Under the pieces are notes generated by a model that searched no databases, had not been told where the DNA came from, and saw only the letters and a list, made by a program, of their open reading frames with translations. Shown one piece after another: positions 11,273 to 18,884 of a stretch of DNA of 40,000 nt. The position numbers and the translations under genes are program-made. Source of the stretch: Escherichia coli (GTDB lineage Bacteria; Pseudomonadota; Gammaproteobacteria; Enterobacterales; Enterobacteriaceae); assembly GCF_030012785.1 (NCBI RefSeq), contig NZ_CP122938.1; one strand, written 5' to 3'. Within the stretch, counting starts at the first letter, position 1; the number at the start of each line of letters is the position of its first letter.

Positions 11273-12048
11273 TTGTTTTTTAAGCGAGGAAAGATTTTGA
11301 GTGCGGGACGCCTGAATAAAAAATCTCTGGGTATCGTGATGTTGTTATCGGTTGGACTGCTTTTGGCGGGCTGCTCGGGTAGCAAATCATCCGATACAGG
11401 AACGTATTCCGGCTCCGTTTACACCGTGAAACGGGGGGATACGCTATATCGTATTTCGCGCACCACGGGAACCAGCGTAAAAGAGCTGGCGCGACTGAAC
11501 GGCATTTCCCCCCTTACACCATTGAAGTTGGTCAGAAACTAAAACTGGGTGGGGCGAAAAGTAGCAGTACACGTAAATCAACCGCCAAATCAACGACCAA
11601 AACCGCATCGGTTACACCGTCATCAGCAGTACCGAAATCTTCCTGGCCGCCAGTAGGGCAACGTTGTTGGTTATGGCCAACGACAGGGAAAGTTATCATG
11701 CCGTATTCGACAGCTGATGGCGGCAATAAAGGGATTGATATCTCAGCTCCACGGGGTACACCTATTTACGCCGCGGGTGCAGGAAAGGTGGTGTATGTGG
11801 GCAACCAGCTGCGTGGCTACGGTAATCTCATCATGATTAAACACAGTGAAGATTACATTACGGCTTACGCCCATAATGACACGATGCTGGTAAATAATGG
11901 GCAAAGCGTGAAGGCTGGGCAAAAAATCGCCACTATGGGGAGCACTGATGCGGCATCGGTTCGCCTGCATTTCCAGATTCGTTACCGTGCAACGGCAATT
12001 GATCCGCTACGTTACTTGCCGCCTCAGGGCAGCAAGCCAAAATGCTGA
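11273..12048 (+). pseudogene. ygeR: LysM/M23 (EnvC-like) lipoprotein, frameshifted
   Basis: Two ORFs: 11273-11542 (lipobox LLLAGCSG, LysM SVYTVKRGDTLYRIS) and 11698-12048 (M23 domain). Shifting one base at the C-tract 11508-11513 rejoins them (...NGISPPYTIEVGQKLKLGGAKSS...). Confidence 0.88.
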
Positions 12049-12126
12049 TGGCGAATTAATCAGCAGTCAGCAGCGCGGCACTTGCTAAGGAGAGCGTAAG
12101 GTTTATAATGCCTTACGCATCTCGAA

Positions 12127-12200
12127 GCGGGCGTAGTTCAATGGTAGAACGAGAGCTTCCCAAGCTCTATACGAGGGTTCGATTCCCTTCGCCCGCTCCA
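12127..12200 (+). tRNA. glyU: tRNA-Gly (anticodon CCC)
   Basis: GCGGGCGTAGTTCAATGGTAGAACGAGAGCTTCCCAAGCTCTATACGAGGGTTCGATTCCCTTCGCCCGCTCCA: 74 nt cloverleaf with encoded CCA. Confidence 0.97.
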
Positions 12201-12215
12201 GAATCTCCCCAGGTG

Positions 12216-12238
12216 GAGAAGACTAAAAAAGTCTTCTC
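12216..12238. terminator. Hairpin just downstream of glyU
   Basis: GAGAAGACT-AAAAA-AGTCTTCTC, 9-bp perfect stem. Confidence 0.55.
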
Positions 12239-12697
12239 TGTCAGCAACTTAAACAGTTACCTATTTAATTTGCTTAGGAGTTCTACCATTGTGATCCGCC
12301 CTTAGTAACTGTCACGTTAAGTTACTCGGTGAGATGACAGTATAACCTAACGTTGGCGGCAGTTGCACCTCTCACACCGCGATAGCACAACGTGAAGATA
12401 AAGCCCATCCTGGCATTGTAATGTCATCGACAGACTGAACACACGCATTTAAGCCCGATGTGCGGCCTTGTGGCTGCGTAAACAGGTTTATGGTGATATT
12501 GGTCCTTGCAAACCATATGCAAGCTCTATCAGCGTTTCAGCCACGCTCCCAACGGGTACACGGTTATCCTGATAAGGTGTGATCTTTCTGACAATCTGAT
12601 GAAGTCGCTACGCTCCCGCTTGTTGCTGTATCACCAACGGGGCTTTATGGTTTCTATTGTCTATAATAATCTCACAATTCCCCTGCATGAGGTTGAT

Positions 12698-12904
12698 ATG
12701 ACTGTTAGCTACAAGATTACTTATGAGCATAGAGACGGTGATCAAATTAGAATGGAAGAGGTTTTATTCCATTCAGAGCATGAACCAACAAAAGATGAAA
12801 TTCATGATGCAGTAAGAAAAGATACTGTGAGATTTAATTCTCCATCTAATGGAGTAACGGCTGTTTCAGGGTTTAAAGTGATTTCGGTTGTCCCTGTTCC
12901 ATGA
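12698..12904 (+). CDS. Hypothetical 68-aa protein (MTVSYKITYEHRDGDQIRMEEV...)
   Basis: ORF 12506-12904; the most plausible start is the internal ATG at 12698, preceded by GAGG. Confidence 0.5.
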   Translation: MTVSYKITYEHRDGDQIRMEEVLFHSEHEPTKDEIHDAVRKDTVRFNSPSNGVTAVSGFKVISVVPVP

Positions 12905-12937
12905 ATGGTTATAGAAGGGGCTGGAAGCCCCTAATTA

Positions 12938-13258
12938 TTACTTCTTAATATCGCCAGTGCATTGATATTCGATAGTCACAAGTGTTTGCATACAACCAGA
13001 TGAAGAAGGTTGTGAACATTGAGAAGTGAATCCACCAAAAGGCTCGGCTCCTGAATATCCCCAAGCGGCACAACGCGCTTTGGCTGCATTCATGCCTTGT
13101 TGTGGATCTACAACAGGACTTTCAAACATACCGTAAGAATAACTCATCCTAACTGTGCCGTCTGATTTGCTTCCACCAGTTGGAACGAGTTGTTTTTTTG
13201 TTGCACATCCAGAAATAATCAATGTTGAAGCAAGTAACAGCATTAAACTTTTGCGCAT
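12938..13258 (-). CDS. YecR-like lipoprotein
   Basis: 106 aa; signal peptide and lipobox (LIISGCAT); Cys-containing RCAAWGYSGAEPFGG...C pattern resembling YecR-like lipoproteins. Confidence 0.75.
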   Translation of the reverse strand: MRKSLMLLLASTLIISGCATKKQLVPTGGSKSDGTVRMSYSYGMFESPVVDPQQGMNAAKARCAAWGYSGAEPFGGFTSQCSQPSSSGCMQTLVTIEYQCTGDIKK

Positions 13259-13402
13259 GTAAATAATCCCAAGAGATAATGGTTATGTATTGATTTAAAG
13301 CGTTTTTAGATTAATGCATTAACTTAGCAAAATTAAGTCTTTTCTGATTGTTTGCAGAGTAAAAATGAGTTGCTTTCGAAATTATTTCGGATGTTTATTG
13401 TA

Positions 13403-13570
13403 TTACGGTTTTTCAAACCGTCTAACTATTGTCGCTATTGAATGGGCAATAATAGCAAGAGGATTCATTTCGTCATTGGAGGCAACAAAAAGTCGGTAAC
13501 TGATAGCTACAACGAATGAAACAATAACGAGAAAGCGGATAGTGCTAAGATGTTTTGAAGATAAATGCAT
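13403..13570 (-). CDS. Small putative membrane protein, 55 aa (not in supplied track)
   Basis: Translates MHLSSKHLSTIRFLVIVSFVVAISYRLFVASNDEMNPLAIIAHSIATIVRRFEKP*; hydrophobic segment; strong Shine-Dalgarno (AGGGGG) 4 nt before the ATG. Confidence 0.5.
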   Translation of the reverse strand: MHLSSKHLSTIRFLVIVSFVVAISYRLFVASNDEMNPLAIIAHSIATIVRRFEKP

Positions 13571-13910
13571 AACGCCCCCTAAATGAATGTGAGGGGGATT
13601 AAATCATGCAAATTTGTTGTGTGCAATACTGGTAATTTATCCTAATAGTCTACTATTCACCTCAATCTACGTCAACCAATATTTGATGTAGATTTGATTT
13701 TCTTTTAAAAACAATATGTTGCAATTTGTTGGGTTTTGGGGTTAGGTTGTTTTTTGGACGTTTCCATCAAGTGTAAAGATACGTTTAGCCTTCATAGTGA
13801 GTTCAGTTACTGTCTTTTTCTCTGAAATCGGCGCATACGTGATCATCGCTTAACGAGAAGATCAGCGCCGTCAGGTCCATGCAGCGACAATTCTGAAATA
13901 TCAGGAGGCA

Positions 13911-14510
13911 TTACGCTTCCTGCTCTTTCTTGATACGTTGCACCGTCTGTGTGCTGACACTGAAATCTTTTGCTACGCTCCGAATTGATCCACCATTCGC
14001 GAGAGCGGCAACAATTCCCGCTCGATCAATTGCTTTTCCATTACCACGTTTTGCTATACGCCCAGCTGCCTTAGCTGCGGCGATCCCTTCACGTTGACGC
14101 TCAAGCATCATTTCACGTTCCATTTGTGCCACTGCTGCAAGCACTGTGAGCATCATATTCCCTGCGGGAGAGTTCTTCCCTGTCTTAAAGTCTTCTTTAT
14201 GGAAATGCACAGACACGCCGCGCTCTGTTAATTGCTCAACCGTTGCCAGAAGGTCGGCTGTATTACGGCAAAGGCGATCAATACTGTGAACATGCAAAAC
14301 ATCACCTTCCCGCACATAGTTCATCATTGCCTCAAACTGTGGGCGCTGGGTATTCTTGCCTGACGCTTTATCTTCAAAGACTTTATCAAGAGCTACTCCA
14401 GCTAATTGACGGTCTGTGTTTTGTTGCACAGTCGATACCCTAATGTATCCAATATTAGCCATTTTCTTTATTCCTTCTGTGTTGATTTGTGTGTAGTGAT
14501 TATTGATCAT
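13911..14510 (-). CDS. Serine recombinase (resolvase/invertase family); likely start at internal Met (MANIGYIRVST)
   Basis: 199 aa; catalytic motif IGYIRVST, VHSIDRLCRN, EREMMLERQREGI, C-terminal HTH. Confidence 0.92.
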   Translation of the reverse strand: MINNHYTQINTEGIKKMANIGYIRVSTVQQNTDRQLAGVALDKVFEDKASGKNTQRPQFEAMMNYVREGDVLHVHSIDRLCRNTADLLATVEQLTERGVSVHFHKEDFKTGKNSPAGNMMLTVLAAVAQMEREMMLERQREGIAAAKAAGRIAKRGNGKAIDRAGIVAALANGGSIRSVAKDFSVSTQTVQRIKKEQEA

Positions 14511-14562
14511 GTTGATTAGGTGTGTAAAGGACTTTTTTCACTACGAAATTCGAAGGTTTTTA

Positions 14563-14594
14563 GTGTGGTGATTTAGCCTGCTTTATCACTACAC
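14563..14594. promoter_or_regulatory. Inverted repeat upstream of the serine recombinase, candidate resolvase-binding subsite
   Basis: GTGTGGTGAT-N12-ATCACTACAC, 10-bp arms with one mismatch, total 32 bp. Confidence 0.4.
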
Positions 14595-14963
14595 GTCTTG
14601 CATGAGAATCATGTAGTTACGTTTTGGTAAAATTAGCAAGCTATTAAATAGTGTGTTTATTTTGAAAAAATAATTTTTTGTTGCATTAAAGAAAACTTGT
14701 TCGACAAATAATAGATTGATTTTTAATCAATAATTTCTGATAGTGCTCTGTAAGCCGCATTACACAAGGCTTTGCGAAAGTGATGTAAAAGTGAAGAAAG
14801 TAAGAATTGCACTTTTAAGCTACTTTTCATTGAATTTTTAGTATGGAATTACACAGGGATTAATCATCAATTACATTGAATTTAAGCCTGTTTTAGATGT
14901 TTAATTTTGGTAGCAAGAAACACTTTTAGAAGATCATTGCACAGATGTTATGTGATAAATGGA

Positions 14964-15122
14964 TGTAACGATGGGTTACATTCAGCTATCTGAAATACTC
15001 TCTGTAAGAAATTTGGTAGTAACGATTCGTTACATAGACTAATTATTGAATGTAACGATATTACACATCGGTAGTAACGATACGTTACATCGGCAGATGA
15101 TTGGTTGTAACGAAAGGTTACA
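14964..15122. repeat. Array of five palindromes, consensus (T/A)GTAACGAN-N-(N)GTTACA
   Basis: TGTAACGATGGGTTACA (14964-14980), AGTAACGATTCGTTACA (15018-15034), TGTAACGATATTACA (15051-15065), AGTAACGATACGTTACA (15073-15089), TGTAACGAAAGGTTACA (15106-15122). Confidence 0.9.
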
Positions 15123-15211
15123 CAATAAGACTAACATCTATAATACTAATAATAAAACTAACTATTAAACTATATAATATAATTCTTTTTTATCTTTATA
15201 AGAATAATTAT

Positions 15212-15246
15212 AGGGATACCCGTTAGGGAGTCTAACGACTATCCCT
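15212..15246. other. Two-part hairpin AGGGATA-CC-CGTTAG-GGAGT-CTAACG-AC-TATCCCT
   Basis: Outer 7-bp and inner 6-bp complementary arms. Confidence 0.75.
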
Positions 15247-15532
15247 TAATCTATTGGCATTCGCCAGAACCTTGCACAAGTTAGAGTGTTAGTCGTTAGA
15301 CTGCTTGTCATAACACATAGTTTTTGTTTGTTGATGTTAGTTAGTAGATCTATGTTCGCTTTCCGCTCACAACGAATATGTAATCTACTATGTGCAAATA
15401 GCCTACGGCTTGCGTAAGGCTAAATAGTCTTGCGCTGTGCGCAGAACGATAATTAACTAACTACCATCTAACGATCATCAATCATCTAAAATAAATTTCT
15501 TGTGCAATGTTCTTGCGAATGCAATTAGGGTA

Positions 15533-15559
15533 GCGTTACCCCTTTGGGGATGCTAACGC
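15533..15559. other. Hairpin GCGTTA-CCCC-TTT-GGGG-atgc-TAACGC
   Basis: Complementary arms with a 4-nt bulge; overlaps alternative hairpin GGGTA-GCGT-TACCC. Confidence 0.6.
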
Positions 15560-16155
15560 ATAACTATAGATCAACCATCAAACAGACAAAAAAGAAAAAT
15601 ATGGTTTAAAGATGTTAGGTAGTAGATGAGTTTCTACCGCTTAAATCAAGCCGTAGGCGAGCTAAACGTATATAAGGTAGGGAAACACTTAGCGGTAATA
15701 GATTAGCTCGTTATAGAGATTCTGAGGAGCTTTACAGGTATTTTATAAGGTGTCTGAAATTAGATTTTATCTACCATCACCTTTTCATATACCTAACAAA
15801 TACAAAATAAGCACCTTAAATAAGCCTCTGGCGAGCTAAACGGTCATTACATAAAGGGAATGTATTGTTTTTATCAAAACCTCGTTAGAACGCGTTTTAG
15901 AGCGTTATTAGACAATAATGAAGAATAGCACTACACAGGAGAGCACGAATTGCTAAGACAAATTATAAATTGCTGAAATAGATCAGATTTTTTGCAAAAT
16001 GGTATTGACAAATGTCTCTTTCTGTGCAATAATAGGTATTAGAGGGACAGAAAACATTCTTATCCTCTAAGTAATTAAACCAATGCACCGCACTTTGAGC
16101 CGTCAGGCTGCAAGGTGTCTTTTTCTTTTAACCAAATAGAATAGGAGGTTAATTA

Positions 16156-16338
16156 ATGAAATATTTCACTCCACAGGATGTAGTAGAAGCCTGGAAACGT
16201 GGTGAGATCAATCGTTTTAAAGTAAGGATGAACAGGAACACAGCGCGACGCTGTGGTTATCCAGAGCGTGAAAAATGTTTTGACGATGCACTAAAAATTA
16301 TTGATGAACTGCGTAAGGCAGAAGTAGAGAAAGAATAA
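16156..16338 (+). CDS. Hypothetical 60-aa protein
   Basis: MKYFTPQDVVEAWKRGEINRFKVRMNRNTARRCGY...; preceded by AGGAGG. Confidence 0.7.
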   Translation: MKYFTPQDVVEAWKRGEINRFKVRMNRNTARRCGYPEREKCFDDALKIIDELRKAEVEKE

Positions 16339-16359
16339 TAACAGGAGAAGGAGAAAACT

Positions 16360-16527
16360 ATGAGCGAAACTAAGAAACCAATTCCGCGCACTTACCTACA
16401 CGTTGACCCTGAAATCTTCAAGGTTTTATTTGCTGAAGCCAAGAAAAGGCAAATTATGGTCAGTGATTTGATGTTAGAAATCATTACTGAAGCAGCAGAG
16501 AACATCAAACAAAAAAAGGGTAAGTGA
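16360..16527 (+). CDS. Small 55-aa protein, ribbon-helix-helix-like (not in supplied track)
   Basis: MSETKKPIPRTYLHVDPEIFKVLFAEAKKRQIMVSDLMLEIITEAAENIKQKKGK*; preceded by GGAGAAGGAG; short beta-helix-helix-like pattern. Confidence 0.6.
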   Translation: MSETKKPIPRTYLHVDPEIFKVLFAEAKKRQIMVSDLMLEIITEAAENIKQKKGK

Positions 16528-16580
16528 TCCTCATTCACTTTAGTAGCGCATTAAGCGTGATTTATAAGGAGATAATTCTA

Positions 16581-17024
16581 ATGTCTAAAATTAAATTGAT
16601 TCGTGAAAAATACCAGTATGTTGATAAACAAACAGGAGAAATTAAAGACAGAACTTTGAATATACCACACTACTTTTGTGAGATTGAATTCATCTACTCC
16701 TCAAATATTGAGGATGGAAAAGCGAAGTTTAGTGCAGAAATGCAAAAATTATATTGCTATGTTTCAGATTGGGAGAAATCAGGGGGGATATGTTTTGAAA
16801 CACAAACGAAGTTAAGTAAAGTTTGTGGCTGTAGCCGTAAGACAGTTAATGAATTGATTGGTCTTATGATTAAAATCGGTCTTTTAGAAGAGGTCGGAGA
16901 ACGAATCCCAAAACGTCCTTTAAAATTACGTGCGCTACTTCTCACAGATGCACATATTACTCCCCTGGAGAATCATCACTACCTGATCCTTCTGAGAAAG
17001 AAGACGAATCTAATGAAATATTGA
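16581..17024 (+). CDS. Winged-HTH-like protein, candidate replication/regulatory protein, possibly truncated by frameshift
   Basis: Internal Met of ORF 16524-17024: MSKIKLIREKYQYVDKQTGEIKDRTLN...; HTH-like segment FETQTKLSKVCGCSRKTVNELIGLMIKIGLLEEV; preceded by GGAG. Confidence 0.6.
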   Translation: MSKIKLIREKYQYVDKQTGEIKDRTLNIPHYFCEIEFIYSSNIEDGKAKFSAEMQKLYCYVSDWEKSGGICFETQTKLSKVCGCSRKTVNELIGLMIKIGLLEEVGERIPKRPLKLRALLLTDAHITPLENHHYLILLRKKTNLMKY

Positions 17025-17260
17025 ATGTTTCCGAAATCATCCTTGAAGAAGAAACACAAGAGCCAGAGTTCCCTGAGCGGCCCGAAATTTTTACTTGGCT
17101 TCTTTCCCTTGATAAGAAGAAACCACCGCACGAAGAAACAGAAGATTTTGTAAAACGTGCATTAGATTCAAAGAATATCTATCTTGAGAAACAGGCTTTT
17201 CACGATCTGATAATATCTCTAAGAGAAAAAAGTGAAATATACGATTCAATACCATTCTAA
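17021..17260 (+). CDS. Acidic ORF continuing the previous reading frame block; probable C-terminal part after a frameshift
   Basis: TTG-start ORF whose frame is open upstream (YYSPGESSLPDPSEKEDESNEILNVSEIILEEETQEP...), overlapping the end of the wHTH ORF. Confidence 0.4.
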   Translation: MNVSEIILEEETQEPEFPERPEIFTWLLSLDKKKPPHEETEDFVKRALDSKNIYLEKQAFHDLIISLREKSEIYDSIPF

Positions 17261-17269
17261 GGAGAATAA

Positions 17270-17539
17270 ATGACTTATAACATCACTATAGGAAACAAAA
17301 CTATTGAAATAACTGAAAGCGGATACAACATTTTAAAAGCTATTTTGGAAATAGAGTTCTCACCGCCGACAGTGGTTAGCTTTTGTAGTTTAGGCGGCTA
17401 CAGCGCACAACACGTGAATCATTGGTTAAACCATTTTACATCGTTCGGTGTGCTGGATTATGAAGGGATTAACAGCACTACATTTCGTCTTTTGAAATTA
17501 AACAAAGATTTTGAATTGTTTATCACAAACAATCAATAA
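17270..17539 (+). CDS. Hypothetical 89-aa winged-HTH-like protein
   Basis: Pattern GYNILKAILEIEF...GGYSAQHVNHWLNHFTSFGVLDYEGINSTTFRLLKL; RBS AAGGAG before the ATG. Confidence 0.55.
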   Translation: MTYNITIGNKTIEITESGYNILKAILEIEFSPPTVVSFCSLGGYSAQHVNHWLNHFTSFGVLDYEGINSTTFRLLKLNKDFELFITNNQ

Positions 17540-17635
17540 CAACAGATCGGGCAATACATATGGCAAATGCATTTATGGCGATATTCATTGTAACAATGGT
17601 ATCAAGTTTTTATAATCCACATAAAAAGAGGGAAA

Positions 17636-18019
17636 ATGGGAAGAAAGAAAAAGAACAACTTAAAACGTATTGAAAAAAACAGTAACTTCAATTCAACAAG
17701 ACAACGTCCACCGACACACACCAATAACGAAATTCCAGGGGAAGAGATAATATTTATTCTTGAAACAGAATCCCCTGAATTAAGCGATGAAGAATTAGAA
17801 ATAATCCAGTCAATGCCAGGCGTTTACTTTCGCCCAAGAACAAGAAAACAAACTATCATTTCTGATGGCACTCTGAAACGTTGGCAGCTTTTAGGGTTTA
17901 GCTCCTATCATCATTTTTTGGGATTTAACGCTTTCAATAATTGTGTAGGTGGTGCATCGGAAGTCGATCTGATGGCTCATTTAGAAGATACATTAGCTTC
18001 TAACAAACGTTCTAACTAA
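17636..18019 (+). CDS. Hypothetical 127-aa protein with basic N-terminus
   Basis: MGRKKKNNLKRIEKNSN...; preceded by GAGGGAAA. Confidence 0.6.
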   Translation: MGRKKKNNLKRIEKNSNFNSTRQRPPTHTNNEIPGEEIIFILETESPELSDEELEIIQSMPGVYFRPRTRKQTIISDGTLKRWQLLGFSSYHHFLGFNAFNNCVGGASEVDLMAHLEDTLASNKRSN

Positions 18020-18076
18020 TAAAATGATGGGAGTATGTATAAGCGCCCAATGAAAATAATCGAAAAAGGAAAAATA

Positions 18077-18307
18077 ATGATTAACTATCAACTATTAGAA
18101 ACAACATTTTTTAAAGAAGCAAAACAACTTGCAGAAGTGTTTATTTCACTGGCTGAACGAGCAAAAGAAGAAAATGATTTTGCCTTGCTTGATGATGTGC
18201 TGGATGACATTGCAACCTATCGTATACCGCTACAGATTGCACTAAACAAGGCTAAACAGATTCAGCAAGAGATGGAATCAGCAGATCAAGGAGAGATTGC
18301 ACAATGA
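18077..18307 (+). CDS. Hypothetical 76-aa helical protein
   Basis: Internal Met of ORF 18035-18307: MINYQLLETTFFKEAKQLAEVFISLAERAKEEND...; overlaps the next start codon (ATGA). Confidence 0.6.
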   Translation: MINYQLLETTFFKEAKQLAEVFISLAERAKEENDFALLDDVLDDIATYRIPLQIALNKAKQIQQEMESADQGEIAQ

Positions 18308-18612
18308 CAGACAACATTCTGGAAGTTATGGACACTCTTTCGGATCGGATGATCGCCCTACAGACACGTATCAATCAAGCCTATTCAGATTTATGCGATT
18401 ACACGCTCTCTCAATGCGTTAGTAGCTTAATGAAGGTGAATGTAAGCCTTGACGATTTCATCTCTCTGGTGAGCGATTTAGAGCTATCTAAGGACGATGT
18501 CAGGCTGTGTACTCAAACCATCACAGACACCGCCAGCACGTTAAAGGCTGCAAGTGAAGAGATTCAGCAATTAGTAGATGATTTAGCAAAAAGTGCTATT
18601 TTCTCCAAATGA
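18304..18612 (+). CDS. Hypothetical 102-aa helical protein, translationally coupled to the preceding ORF
   Basis: ATGA overlap with the preceding stop; MTDNILEVMDTLSDRMIALQTRINQAYSD.... Confidence 0.65.
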   Translation: MTDNILEVMDTLSDRMIALQTRINQAYSDLCDYTLSQCVSSLMKVNVSLDDFISLVSDLELSKDDVRLCTQTITDTASTLKAASEEIQQLVDDLAKSAIFSK

Positions 18613-18629
18613 TAATGAAAATCATTTGC
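18611..18629. promoter_or_regulatory. Fur-box-like 19-mer
   Basis: GATAATGAAAATCATTTGC matches the classical GATAATGATAATCATTATC at 16 of 19 positions. Confidence 0.4.
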
Positions 18630-18720
18630 ATTTATAACGATTTCATTATATAATGATATTAGGGGTAGATAAAAAGGTTTTGACTGGTGTTAATCCTTCT
18701 ACTGTCATAAATCCCTGCAT

Positions 18721-18781
18721 ATGGAAGGTGATAGCCTCAAGGGTTGAGTGGCATTAACCTCTAACAAATATTACCTTCCAT
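18721..18781. repeat. Inverted repeat ATGGAAGGTGATA ... TATTACCTTCCAT
   Basis: 13-bp arms with one mismatch, 35-bp loop. Confidence 0.6.
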
Positions 18782-18884
18782 CTCTCAAGAAGTTTTAGAA
18801 TAATCATAACTCCCTCTTTGATTGTTGATTGTTTCTACGTTGTGTTGATGAATGTTGTTAGGCATTGTGCTTAATTTTGATAAA

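Noticed and set aside
12108-12305. 65-aa ORF spanning glyU
   Set aside because: Overlaps the tRNA gene; translation of a structural RNA.
13911-14510. Considered a phage tail-fibre invertase (Pin/Hin) with an invertible segment
   Set aside because: No flanking invertible module, tail-fibre genes or long matching inverted crossover sites found; resolvase-like role equally or more likely.
14964-15122. Palindrome array considered as a CRISPR array
   Set aside because: Units are only 15-17 bp, spacers vary from about 5 to 37 bp, and no cas genes are nearby.
14511-15200. Considered a retron (reverse transcriptase with ncRNA)
   Set aside because: No reverse transcriptase motif (YADD) in any ORF of the window.
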